From NCBI RefSeq assembly GCF_006345805.1, contig NC_043001.1, forward strand, positions 53,816,001-53,880,000: a DNA stretch of 64,000 nt. The letters run 5' to 3'. Numbering within the stretch: position 1 is the stretch's first letter; each line of letters opens with the position of its first letter. A program made the position numbers and the translations under genes. The notes under the pieces were generated by a model that did no database searches, was not told the DNA's origin, and was given only the letters and a program-made list of their open reading frames with translations. The DNA is from Octopus sinensis. Lineage: Eukaryota. Below are positions 25,172 to 38,484 of this stretch, piece by piece.

Positions 25172-27574
25172 CACACTAAATACTAGAGAAGCAGGCATTT
25201 GTGAATATGCTTTATGGTATCTTCTTCCTTCGGGCAGTGGATTACTGCTATCCTACACTGCATTCATCTTCTTGCTTGGCCTTATTGATCCATATACATC
25301 TTTCAGTCATTTTTCCTTATTGTACTGGAGCTGAGTTATCAACTGTAGTGTTGCTACTGATAATGCATTTATAGGTGATGGTTCTTCAATATTTTTCTCT
25401 CTTTTCAGAGTAACACGATTAGATCTAACTTAGCTAAGCACGCACTTTCTCTCCGATTGAAGCTAGCGTTGTCTTCCACTACTTAAGCAAATCTCCGTTT
25501 GTATTAATTATGTTTTTAGGTTTTAGTTTCTGGTAACTGATGAGTTGATGCTGTTGGTATTAAGACTACTATTCTTGTTGTTACTAGGGTTATCAATGCA
25601 ATCACTCATGCTTTTTTTACCTGCTGTTGATGCTGTATTTGTTGCTAATAATTATACCTGTTTAGATCGGTTGTATTCTAAACGAAATGCTGTTAGAATA
25701 GTTTTCTTTAATTAATTCCGATTTCGTATGATTTTTACGTTCTAAAAGCTGCTTCAGTGTCGATTATATTTAATTTGGGTGGTAGAAATAGTATTGAAAT
25801 ATTGCCTGTTTCATATGTTTTCAAAGCATAATTTAGCACACTTGTCGAAAAACGCCTTTTTTCTACACAAACCGCTCGCAAAATCTACCCGAGAATTTAT
25901 TGGAAAGCAACATGAAACATATCAATGCGCCATTCATAACTAATTAAATTTGCTTTTGACAAACACTGATAATCACATATCTTGCATCTGAAAGACTGCC
26001 TTGAACCCTTTTGTACAATTGATCTTACAGTTTTCAGAAGTTCTGCGCCATGTTGTACCTGGAGTACTAGAGGACGTGATCATTAAGCAGTCGTTTCATT
26101 AGTGTCGCTGCTACGCTTGACAAATGTAACTCACATCAACATTTCATTATATGGTACAAATTAGTTGGAATAGATCCTCACAATGTGTCGAAAGCGCTGC
26201 TGGTGTAAATGTTCAACATACAAAGGATGTCTGTTAAATTTTATATAAATATGTATATAAATATGTATTCTCTTCATATATGTGGTAGATGGGTACTATT
26301 ATATTCCAGGTACTCGGCTGATACATCACAATTCGTTTTTTTTTTAATATTTGGCAATCTACAATTGTCACATACAACATAGAAAATGCCAATCTGTAAG
26401 TGAAAATCTGTTTATAGCAAGCACCAGTCTTCAAGCTGTAAGTTGGTGTAAAAGTGAGTGTTGTTTATCTGCAAATCAATTTTCATACTATACTGAAAAT
26501 AAAAACCAAGATTTGGGAGCAAACAAGTAACCATGCTTTACTCCATTCTTAACAGGCATTTTAACAGTACTAACAGTACTTTTTTTTAAATCGAACCTAT
26601 AAGTTCAGATTTTCATCCAGAATAGAACGATATTTAAACCTTCTAAAGGTTAGCCACTTCAGTAATATGTTCCAAATGTCTTCCTAGGAACACCTTACGC
26701 GTCACAGACAAACACAACTCTACATATACGCTAAAACACATTTCGTTTCTATAGAAATGTATATATTGTAAATTCTTTTGAATTTTCATCACTTGATGAA
26801 ATTCAAACATGTCATTGTATCAGTTTATATTCCTTAATACAAAATATGAGAGAAAGAAGAAATAGAATATTGTTATAAACTAGAAATAAATAGTAAATAG
26901 TAAATTTATTTTAGTCATATGAATATGTGACTAAAATATTTTTTTTATAAAAGAAAATTCGAAAATGTTATTTTCGCACATTGTGGACTTTAAATTCAAT
27001 AATTCATCTTTATGGAACCCCACCAAAAAATAACGTGGCTAAAAAACCTATGCACAGACTATGCACAGTTTAACAGATTCGTAATCTGTGCATGAATTAG
27101 AAGAACTTAATAAAGAAATTATTATACCTTTGACATGTAACATTGTTCATGAGTTCAATTGTTTCTAGGAGAAATCTCATTGAAAGCAAACAAAACTTTC
27201 ATACAATGTGCATTTTAACATCAAAAGATATTAATATTCATTTCATCAATGAAAAATTACTAAAACTATTTCCACATAGTGGAAAGGTTCTGTTTAGTCT
27301 TGATTGATGTTCATATTCGAATAACTCTCAAGAATTCACTACGAAGTACGTGAACACAGGAATTGTTTCATGCTTGTGATTACAATTATTAAAATGGAAA
27401 ACAAATATTCTAATTCCGTTTCTGCGTACGATTGGCAAAGCTAATTGCTTGTGTTATGGTACACGTTCAGCTACTTAATACAATCAAGCAAAAGTCAGTG
27501 AGGTAGAAAATATAACGGATTTCTTACATATAAAAAACGAACCTGTTTGATCCAAGAGTCCTAAATATGTGTAT

Positions 27575-27607
<33 letters not shown>

Positions 27608-28489
27608 CGTGTGTGTGCGTGCGTGTGTGTGTGCGTGAGTGTGTAAAAAAATGGAGAATACATACAGAGGATAATCAATTTATTTATTATCATAGTCAAA
27701 TCATATTGCCTACGCGAGATTTCGGTTGATTGCTCCTTTCCATAGTTACACATTTAATGTGTTTATGAAGTTAAAAAAAAAAAACTACCTCAGAGCAAAT
27801 TGATCGATGTTTTTCACGTCCTAAAGGATAAAGAGATTATTCTAAATGAGTTGTAGCTTTGCGACTTGGATTGTGTTCTAAAAATAGACAGAGGTTGATT
27901 TTCACCTTATTGGACAAGGGAAACGCATAGTTCAGAATAACTAGGCCATGTTCCTATCCACCCTTTTGGTAGTGCCGACCAGCTGTTACACAACCTATTC
28001 AGTATGCCCATAATACATTGTTCACTTCCTTATTCCACCCGTTTTCTTTAACGTATAAACTATACAGGCTTATATTTTGTACAATTTATATTAGGTACTA
28101 TTAATATAATTATTTATTTAGATATATAACTTGATAATTTGTGTTCTTACATATATTTGTCTACTTAATACATAAAATAGAAGCGCAATTCCTAGGTATC
28201 ATATCGCACTTCTATACTATAAATAAAATACTATACTACAAATTATATAGACAAATATGTAAAAACGCAGGCTATCAACTAATATATTTACATAAATAAT
28301 TATATTAATATTAATTAATATAAATTTTACAAAAAGTAAGCAAATAAACAAATAATCAAGCGTAGCATTTGAGTACATACCTAGATATATTTCATCAATA
28401 ATAGAAGCGTAGAAGAATGTATTATGGACATGATGAGTAGGATGAAAAGTATGAATGGTAGAGGCAGGCTTGTAAGCCTATATAGTTGT

Positions 28490-28628
28490 TCAGGTGTTCA
28501 AATGTCCGAGACAATGCAATTTCTCAAACATTCTGGGGTTAATAATGTACTTGTTGATTATGGCTGTCAGAAACTTGATATGGGTCTCGCGTGTATTATT
28601 TCTCCCGCCAGCGACTCTGACGGACCAC
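28490..28628 (-). other. Candidate exon in a GC-richer island
   Basis: Acceptor CATTTTCTTTTTATTGCATATATAG|, then WSVRVAGGRNNTRETHIKFLTAIINKYIINPRMFEKLHCLGHLNT*. Confidence 0.2.
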
Positions 28629-29689
28629 CTATATATGCAATAAAAAGAAAATGTACGCAGTTTACATAGTTTTAACGTTTTAAATGGTAGAGTATTGTAA
28701 TAGTCCACTGGTTTCGCGTTTCGGCATTCATGATATTGAAATTATTGCAACTTCGTAGGTTCTTAAGAGGTTTTGAGTGCATATTCTTGTATGAGAGTGT
28801 GTAAATGAATCAGCGTCTGGAAAAAAATTCTAATAGGAAATAATTGATGAATGTTACTAATTAGGACAAGGGAGGTAATTGCCCATTTTTTGAGTCGGTA
28901 CACTTCTTGAGTGTGCTAAATGTACGTAAATTCATAAGTTAAAGTGGTGAGATAAAATTTGTACAGTGTTGGACATGCGAACATGAATTAAAATCTTTAC
29001 TGACACCGAAATTCTCTTTTACTAAATGTGTGTGTATGAGTGTATATCTCTTTGTGTAATATTTCCTTTGGATCTACTTCAGGAACTCCGCATTTTTAGT
29101 TGAGCAAATAATTGACTAAATAAACAGAAAATAGAAGTGGCATAATTTTTTATTTTGTACGCGATCATTTCGCGCCATCTTGTGACTGTCCTTAATGGGT
29201 GAGATCCTGTGCATCACATTGCGTTGCATCAGTCTTGCAGTCTGGATCACATCAGGCACATTTATACATGAAGTCGTTTCTCGCCAAAGAACTTGTGTTT
29301 GGGCGCTCATGCTTTTATTAGCATAAGCATATATTACCTATACGAATATACTATTTTATCCTTTTATTTCCTCTAGTAATCAAATGTCGCCCACTCTGAT
29401 ACACTGCTGGGACTTTATACGTTTTTGTGTTTATGTGTAAATGTTACCGTGTAAACTGATTATTTTATATATTTTTATATTTTACATACTTCCTATTCTT
29501 CGAGACATTTGTATTGTTAGCTTCATGTAGCAAATAACATTCATGAAACTAGAACAAATCCTAGCACTTTGTTCGAAGTAGTATTATACATATTTCTAAG
29601 TAGTACTTTACATTTCCTCCCACTAATGCCGCTACAACCATATATATAAAAATCTTATTGTTACTTCACCCGTTATATTTTAGTTAGTA

Positions 29690-30010
29690 AGAGAGGCGGT
29701 GATAGAGTAAGTGAGAGGTGAAGTAAAAGTGAGAGACAGGAGTGAGGAGTGTACAGAAGTCAGAAAGGAGTAGAAAATGATGTATAATTAGGCCAAATGC
29801 GCTACGTGAAGAGAGAGGCAAAGAAAGAAACAAGACATTGTGAAAAGGGGCGAGAGAAGTGTTAGCGATCTGCTGTAGGATGGGGAGGGAAAGTTAAAAA
29901 GAAGAGAATATGTTTAGGATGCAATATTTAGCAGAAGGCGATGTTCTGGTGAAGAGGTCAAAGACAGCCAGGTAAAGAGAGCGGGAGAAGGGAAGCAGAT
30001 ACATTATGAC

Positions 30011-30046
<36 letters not shown>

Positions 30047-30480
30047 AGAGGAAAAGGGAGAGAGAAGCAGAAAGAGAGGCAGATAGCATTTGTATTGTCA
30101 AAGAAAAGACACATCGACAGCAATGAAATGAAATGATCTCTGTTACTGAAAACTGTAGGGGTGGTGGTGGTGGTGGTGGTGGTGCTGTTGTTGTTGGTGG
30201 TGGTTGTGGTGGTGGCGGCAGCATTGTGTTGATTGTGAAAAAGAATTTTTCATTGAACTAAATCTGTATTATTCTTCTACATGTTCATTCACAATTTATG
30301 CTTTAGTTTTTTAGAGAGGAGGAGATGGAGAGAGAGAGAAATAAGAAATGTGAGAGTGAGTGTGAGAGCAGATAGCCAGCCGATGCTTTCTGCTATCACT
30401 CATGTTGTTTGTGAAAGTGAGAGGTGAAAAGAAAGAGAGAAATGTTACAGACATGAAAAGAGGAATTAGATGGTTAAAAG
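29690..30480 (+). repeat. Purine-rich (GA)n / (GGT)n low-complexity tract
   Basis: Directly visible. Confidence 0.8.
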
Positions 30481-32283
30481 GTTTGTTGAATAGGTAGAAA
30501 ATAAGAGAAATATCAAGTGCTTAGCAGAGGGAAATTTTTACATCATATAATGTATTATTGCGACCGGAATTGAAATAACTTTGAAAAATAAAAATATAAA
30601 TGCAAATTTTATCTTAAATAACTTCTCTAAATCTTTTTCGTTGTATGGAATTTCCACGGTTCCCAATAATCAATTGATTACGTTTTTAACCAATTGCATC
30701 AGGGTTGTTCGTGGTCTTTCACTCTAACAACTTTTACACACATGTAACAAAATGTGTTATTCTTTCATGATCATTCCGCATAGTATTCTTGTTCTTCGCA
30801 TATCCAATGCCAACGAGTTAGGATATTGCGGATCCTGTTAAAAACTCAATACATTCCAACTGTACAAGAAATACTCTACATTTCTTACGTTCCTCAAATT
30901 TTATCCACTTCCTTTTCGTAGCATTTTCCTTTTCAGTCTTGCGAAGCATTGTAACCCATCATTCAAAAAACATTTTTTGAAAATGACATTGGAAAAAGAA
31001 TTTTTCCTTCGTATTCTTTTGTGCCGTCATGAGTGCTGTCTAAACAACGATTCGATGGTATAACAGTTGGATAATCCATATACTTATCATATTTTTCAGT
31101 AACAACTAGAATTTTCCCTCTGTGTGTTGTCAGGGTATTTTTTTACCTTTCAATCAAATATATTTAGAAAAAATAACATAATAAAACTTACTCCACAATA
31201 TCCATTTCAGGTTTCAAAAAATGTTTGTTATAATATTCTTATGAGTGTTATGTGAAATATCACATTTATAATCTTTATCTGACTGGAGAAATATAACAAA
31301 ACGATCTAGGCATACATATAGACAAATATAATGGGACAGAAGGAGAGTCAGAGAGAAAGAGATAGAGAAGCAGAGAGAAACAGAGAGTGAATGAGGGTAA
31401 AGGAAATGAGGATGAAAACATAAGCGCTAGAAAGAGGTAGAATTACACGGAATGAAGAGTGAAGCATTTTGAAATGCCACGCTATCAATACATCTACAAA
31501 AAATGATTAAATGCAAAGGTAGAGGAAATGGCAGGGCCAATAATCTAAAATCAGATAGCTATATTATACTTTTTCTAATTTGGGAAAATAGCAACATTTT
31601 AAAGAGGAAAACAGTAATGGTATAACTTTCTTGCATTTCTCAGTTCAGAGTTAGTAATGAGAATTGATTTCAAGTGGGAATTGCTAAAACATAATCACAT
31701 TGGACAATTAGATTCGAGATAGCATAACACAATCATCTATAGTCAATATTCAATCTGAAATACAGTATCCAGGAACTTAGACAACTAAGACTAAGAAATG
31801 AATCGAAATTGAAGTTCCTTTCATGCATCTATACCAACAGTCCTACAAAAGGTGAAGCCTACAACACTATAATCCATAACATATCTTAACTAAAAAGGGG
31901 CCTCAGGATGGGCAAAATTCTCCGAACACACACCATCATGAAAATAGGAGAAAAATACTAACACAGGCCGAACTTCACTCAACCGAAACAACAAAGCCAA
32001 TAGTTAAAACACGGAACACGGAAATGTGGGTTATTTTATTCTAACTGAGGTATCCGTTTTAAATACGACAACACTACAGTAAAATATAACTTCACCTGTG
32101 TATCTGAACACCTACTTCATGTAATAAAATGCCTACTATATATACTGTATACTGGAGCGTGCACCTATACGGTAATGCGTGAGTATCTACATATGCCTAC
32201 ATGTATATATGTCTAAAGGATATCATATATATATATGTGCGTCTGTGTGTGTATGCACACACATAATATATCCATGTATATAT

Positions 32284-32333
<50 letters not shown>

Positions 32334-32475
32334 ATATGAGGTTAAATGCAGGTGTTATTCAGATATTTTCACTTCCGACATATATTTCGAAGAAAACAGT
32401 ATTTTTCCAGAAGGCAAATAAATGGTGTAAAACAATGCAATCTTCTCATCAGGGAAATAAAAAAAAGCATATCAA

Positions 32476-33677
32476 TAAGATATTTTAGCAGAATGTGATG
32501 ACTGCATATATGATGAAGGAGACGCTAGCAAGTTATTTTTTTAAACCGTTAATAGATATAGCGTCAAAGGCAGTTTATAGCATAAGGAGGAGAAAGAAAG
32601 AAATTAGCAGAAAACTAATAGTGGAGAGATATAGACCGATAGGTGAATAGGAATAGATCTTAAAGTCTCGGAAGTAGATATATTTAGTGGAAGTGAAATG
32701 TAAGTAGACAGTTAAATGTCGAATTTTATAGAATGCTAGAAATCACTTATAGGAACTAAAGGTATGTTTTTGCCAGTGCTTTCAACGATAAACGCGTTCT
32801 TCAAACGTGTTTACAAGAGGATTCTCTGAGAACAGGATGAAATACATTTCATTGTTGCAAAGCGGATAGAAAGATTTGCTTTTATGAAACAGAAATAATT
32901 TAAGTAGAATATTCCATTCCAAATGAAATTGTTTATTATGATAATTTAGATACCAAATTAATTTACTAAACCCTGTATTGTTACGTTTAGTGATATGTCT
33001 AAAGGTAGAGTAATGATTTTAACAACTGAGATGAAGAACTACCTATACAAAAAAAGACACCAGAACCAGGGATAAAATTAAATTCATAAATAGTGTTTCT
33101 AGTCTTAGAATTACTGTTGAAGAAACGAATGCGATTGGAATCCGCATCAGAAACCCTAACATCACTGTCATTATTATTTAAAGAATGGTTAGTGTTAACA
33201 ATATTAATGTTATTATTTTCATAAATGGATTTGTATTCAACAATTTATTATTATGCGAATAGATGATTTATGAAAGATTTTTGTGTTAAAAAAACTCTAT
33301 CCTGATTCGGTGTGAATTAATTTTTTTGAGAATTTCCTTTCTAGAGCTTTACGATAATGGTATGGGAGGTTGGATTTGATCTGCTTATCATAAGGAAATT
33401 TTCTACAAAACAGTTTTGCTAGGACATATCTTGTTATTAGGGTGATTATCTTTAAACGTCCTCGATGTATCTTATAAAGAAAAAAGTGTCTTATTTATTT
33501 CTTTTCACTTATCGCGGTATATCTCTCCACTATTAGCTTTCGGCTAATTTCTTTCTTTCTCCTCCTTCTCTCTATATAAACTGCATTTGATGTTATATCT
33601 ATCAACGGTTTTTAAAAAAAAATTGATACCGTTCCCTTTATCATATGCGCAGTCATCACATTCTGCTAAATGTCTTA
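32476..33677. repeat. Diverged inverted repeat, arms about 180 bp, spacer about 830 bp (possible old MITE)
   Basis: 32476-32658 (TTTAGCAGAATGTGATGACTGC..AAACCGTT(A/G)ATAGATAT..CTAATAGTGGAGAGATAT) matches the reverse complement of 33492-33677. Confidence 0.8.
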
Positions 33678-33689
33678 ATCCAGAAGGAT

Positions 33690-33778
33690 GCTTGAGGGTC
33701 GCATCATGTAGCTTTTGTAGCGTTGAAATCCTGAACTACCACGGGTTTATCCCACAGAAAATTTCTAGGCAACCACTA
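33690..33778 (-). mobile_element. Inverted fragment of the mariner 5' end
   Basis: Reverse complement CTAGAAAT..CTGTGGGATAAACCCGTGGTAGTTCAGGATTTCAACGCTACAAA matches 34915-34990. Confidence 0.7.
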
Positions 33779-34002
33779 TATATATGTGTGTGTGTGTGTG
33801 AGTGTGTGTGTGTGTGTGTGTGCGTGTGGGAGTGTGTGTGTGTGTGTGTGTCTTTGTGTGTCCATGTTTGTCTCTCAACCATCGTTTGTCAACTCATGTG
33901 TTCCGTCCCCGTAAAAGAGTGGTGCGGCAAAAGAGAACGATAGATAAGCATTAGATGCGGTGCTCCAGCATTGCCTCACTCAAATGACTGAAATAATTAA
34001 AA

Positions 34003-34005
<3 letters not shown>
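33779..34005 (+). mobile_element. SINE S2, 3' half
   Basis: (TG)n, then CGTCCCCGTAA..CGGCAAAAGAGA..GCGGTGCTCCAGCAT..CAAATGACTGAAA. Confidence 0.75.
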
Positions 34006-34042
<37 letters not shown>

Positions 34043-34063
34043 TTATAATATATATATATTATA

Positions 34064-34432
34064 GGCGTAGGAGTGGCTGTGTGGTAAGTAGCTTGCTTTC
34101 GAACCACATGGTTTCAGGTTCAGTCTTCTACTATAGCCTCGGGCCGACCAAAGCCTTCTCAGTGGATTTGGTAGACGGAAACTGAAAGAAGCCCGTCGTA
34201 TATATATATATATATATATATGTATATACATATATATATGTATGTGCGTGTTTGCTGGTCTGTGTTTGCTGGTGGGTTTACGTCCCCGTAACTTAGCGGT
34301 TCGGCAAAAAAGAGACCGATAAAATAAGTACTAGGCTTACAAAGAATAAGTCCTGCGGTCGATTCGATCGACTAAAGACGGTGCTCCAGCATGGCCACAG
34401 TCACATGACTGAAACAAGTAAAAGAGTAAAAG
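34064..34432 (+). mobile_element. SINE S2 with an internal deletion of the CORE-like block
   Basis: GGTTCAGTC joins directly to TTCTACTATAGCC. Confidence 0.9.
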
Positions 34433-34443
34433 GGATTATATAT

Positions 34444-34502
<59 letters not shown>

Positions 34503-34642
34503 TACGGAGATGTACTTGCATAGTAAGTGACCTGATGTGAGATCGTATGATGGAACGAAAACAATTGCAGCGAGGAAGGTGTTTATAAGCCATTTAAGAA
34601 ACACACAAAAACCGTTAGATTTACTTCAACATTTAAATTTAA

Positions 34643-34693
34643 TTTGTCAAAATATTTTCGTCGCTTTGTGATCGCGACCTCTTCACTGACAAA
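34643..34693 (-). ncRNA. Hammerhead-like fold, family B, core GUGAAGA
   Basis: UUUGUCA|GUGAAGA|G|GUCGC-GAUCACAAA-GCGAC|GAA|AAUAUU|U|UGACAAA. Confidence 0.45.
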
Positions 34694-34714
34694 ATTGCGA
34701 GATGCAGAACGGAA

Positions 34715-34765
34715 TTTGTCAGTGAACAGGTCGCGGTCTCAAAGCGACGAAAATATTTTGGCAAA
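34715..34765 (+). ncRNA. Hammerhead-like fold, family B, core GUGAACA (G3/C8)
   Basis: UUUGUCA|GUGAACA|G|GUCGC-GGUCUCAAA-GCGAC|GAA|AAUAUU|U|UGGCAAA. Confidence 0.5.
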
Positions 34766-34904
34766 TTAAATTTAAATGTTGAAGTGAATCTAACAGTTTT
34801 TGTGTGTTCCTTAAATGGCTGATAAACACCTTCAACGCTGCAATTGCTTTTGTGTATGTGTATATATATATATGTACATAAATACATATATATACATATA
34901 TACA

Positions 34905-35675
34905 TATAGGCGGTGACTAGAAATGCCCTGTGGGATAAACCGGTGGTAGTTCAGGCTTTCAACGCTACAAATACCACGTGATGCGCCTTTGTTCTGCAGT
35001 GCTTCTCTCGTATTCGTCGATTTTTGTGATGGCTGAAACGAAGGCACAGCGTGCTTCTGATAAACTCAGTTATCTGCTGGGGAAAACGGCGACCGAAACA
35101 GTTATGACGCTTGGGGGCTTTTCGAGTAGTCAGTTGACGCTTTAGGACCAACACCGTTCAGGGTGACTGTCGAGCTCCCGAACGTATGAAAACTTTATGA
35201 AAATTCACGAACTGATCTTGGAGGAACGTCACCGAACAGCTGACGACTTTGTTGATATGACTGGTGCCTTTGCCAACGACGTCTGAGCGAGTAATTGCGA
35301 ATGGAAAGAGTTGCAGTAAAATTTATGCCTCGCTTGCTCACAGATGATGAAAAGCAATCCCAACTGAATAAGTGTTGTGAACTGAAAGAACAGTTGGAAG
35401 TTAATCCGGACCTTTATTCGTAGGTCATCACTGGTGACGGAAGCTCGTCCTACGGAATTTGCAGATGTGGAAGTAGTGCAGGAAAGAAACGACGAAGGCA
35501 TTAAAAGGCTTCACTACGCAAGTGTCCCAGCATTGCTTCCAACTGTGGAAAATGCCCCTGGACTAATGCATTCTTCAAATGGAGAATGCTTTGAAGGCGA
35601 TAAAATGGTAAACATGTAAAAATAAATGAATTAAATTATATTTCAAAATTCCGGTTTCTTCTGTGTGACGCTTGT
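34905..35675 (+). mobile_element. Mariner (Tc1/mariner) transposon remnant, internally deleted
   Basis: LLGKTATETV (N-terminal HTH), VKFMPRLLTDDEKQ (WVPHEL-like), VITGDGS (first catalytic D), then a jump to C-terminal EFADVEVVQ..SNGECFEGDK. Confidence 0.85.
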
Positions 35676-35984
35676 ATATATGGATGGCTGGAGGGAGGGA
35701 AGAAAAGGGAGACGGGGCAATGTGTAGAAAGAACCACCTAACGTTTGTTTGCAAGCAGGATGGAATAATGGAGCAGTGTTAGGTTTTCACGAAACAGCTC
35801 ATTAGCAGACTATTGTTACAATTTATTCCTGGATCAGATGTTTTAAACTCTTTTTTCATTTAGTAAAATAATAATTATAATTTGCATTACTGAAATATAC
35901 ACGTTTGTGTATATTTATGCATGTGTATAATGTATATATATGCATAAATATAGAGAGACGCAGATATATAGAAAGTTATATAGA

Positions 35985-36120
35985 TAGATGTTCATACATA
36001 CATACATACATACATACATACATACATACATACATACATACATACATGCATACGTACATATATATATATATATGTATATATATATATGCATACATACTTG
36101 TGTGAATGTGTGTGTGCAGT
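35985..36120. repeat. (TACA)n/(TA)n microsatellite
   Basis: Directly visible. Confidence 0.95.
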
Positions 36121-37019
36121 GCAATTAATGTTGAAGGGATAAGGATAAAGTAGGTATTTTAACCATAAACTATATTCTTTCTTCTTTGCTTCTGTAGATT
36201 CAACGTAGTTGAATGTTGAATCTAGCTTAATTACTGTGCTCCTCGATTTGTGCCGTACAGTCGAACGTTGAAATAATACTATCCGCATCTACCAATGACA
36301 AAGAAATAATCGATATGAAGTTTTTGATATTTTGTGTAAGAAAAATAGAACTATATTGTTTCAATTGAAAATCAAAATACAGAGTCATTTCAGTTGTGTC
36401 TATCCGAAATAGATTTCAGCCTTTTATTTGCAAATTCATCCTTAAAAGCAAACCACGTGTTTCAAATCCCAAGATTATCCACTAAAAATGGTGTCAAGAG
36501 CCGCTTCGAGATTAATAAGAAGAATGTAAATTCTAACTCACTACGGTGGCTACAAAAAAACAAATCGGGCAGGGAGATATGTTCATGACAAAACCTTTAA
36601 CTGTGTCTACGTAAAGAACTTTTTGAAAGACAGGAATCCCCAGGAAATATTATATTTCAACTTAAGAAATATCTCTCTTCCTAAACAGTTAACGATTTAA
36701 GATGAAGAAATAAAGAGATGAAATATGTCCTTGTGACTATATTATGTCTTATCTCTTGCGGTAGGAATGTTGAATTTAGCTTAATTTGTTTATGTCTAAA
36801 GATATGCAACGACAATAATTCTAAAGAAAGATGAAACAGTAATATAGGAAGCTACCAGCGGCAAAAAGAAAACTTAGAAACATTTTTGTCCTGTGAACAA
36901 AGGATAATGTTTAAAAATTCAAATTAAAAATTAGATATGCAGATTCTCCATTATCTAAACGAGAAGGGATCTCTTCTTTTTAAAGGCAAATTCACTATCA
37001 CAGGCAGACCATGTACGCA

Positions 37020-37077
37020 AATCATATACGTGTGTTTATGTGTGCATGTATGCATGTGTATGTGTGTGTGCACGCGT

Positions 37078-37118
<41 letters not shown>

Positions 37119-37210
37119 GCACATACATAATAATTAAATACATATGTATTATTGTATGTATATATATATTTATATATAACATATATGTGATAAAATAGGT
37201 ATATATATAG

Positions 37211-37259
<49 letters not shown>

Positions 37260-37320
37260 TATATAGATATAGATATGCATATACGCATACATACGTACAT
37301 ACATATATATATGCATATAC
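37020..37320. repeat. (TA)n/(GATA)n compound microsatellite
   Basis: Directly visible. Confidence 0.95.
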
Positions 37321-38484
37321 ACAATAAACAAGTAGATAATAATCTAGATATATTCATATCTTTTGTATTTACATGTTCACACGTGTGTGTATCTGTGCGT
37401 GTATGTGATGAACGTTGTTGCGATGGAATTTAATCTGCAAACATTTTAGATAATGCGTCACTAATTTAGATTCTCACATGACATTTACTAATCCCTAGTT
37501 TTCTGTTCGCAACCTTAGTCTTTTTTTTTTTATTCCAGCCCTTTGAAATTATGTTTTTAAATTATGTATATTACTTTTACGTATTTGAAATACTTATCGA
37601 TTTAAGAGGTGCGCCACGATTTTAAAATGCTAGAATTAATATGAGATACTAGTTTGCTGTATGATAACTTAAAACACCTAGCTAAACAGCTGCCTACTTC
37701 ACATGAACGACAGACTGCTTGTGCGCAAATACAGCATATGCATACATGCAACCTGTCCTGCGTACGTCGTGTAAAATGTATGCACATACATATCTTCATG
37801 CACACACGGAAAAGAATCACACACATATACAACATGAGTGTTGAGTATGTGTGTGTGTGTATGTGTGTGTGTGTGTATGTGTGTGTGTATGTGTGTGTGT
37901 ATGTGTGTGTGTGTGAGTGAGTGACTCTGTGTGTGTGAGTATTATTTGGCAGCTGTCTCTTAAACTTCAACAAGCATGATCAAGTATATTGTTTTCAAGA
38001 CTGTTGAGTTTGATATTATAAAAGTTCATACATTTTGTTTTAATATAAATTTAATGAGTCAAATGCATTTAAAATACATTCACACGAACTAATGCAATTA
38101 CCCTTTTCGTCGTTCTGAATTTTATAAAGATAGCCATGACGAATACAATTATTATCAATCATAGAAAAATAGTGTCTTAATCTTTAAAAGCCGGTCATAA
38201 CAATATAGAAAATATTTGCTCAAGTGTCAAATATCATTGCTTCAAATATTAACGAGTGAAACCTCATAATCTCCTTGATGCCTAAAATTAATAAACATGC
38301 CAGTTGTATTAAATTGTAAAACAGGTGTTCGTTAGAAATATGACAGCTGCTTTCAAAACAGTGAAACAAATGATTTCCAATTAAGAACGGAAATTATCCA
38401 GCTAGAATAATGGTGTTTTGTGCTATCATACAGTTATAAGCAGTTGGGGTACATTATCATGTAAAATCAATTACTTTGTTTCAG

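Larger units (their letters stand above)
34503..34850. mobile_element. Foldback element (family B), arms about 138 bp, each carrying a hammerhead-like fold
   Basis: Arms 34558-34695 and 34713-34850, about 11 differences counted by eye; one-sided tail 34503-34557 matches the reverse complement of 20559-20616. Confidence 0.85.
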
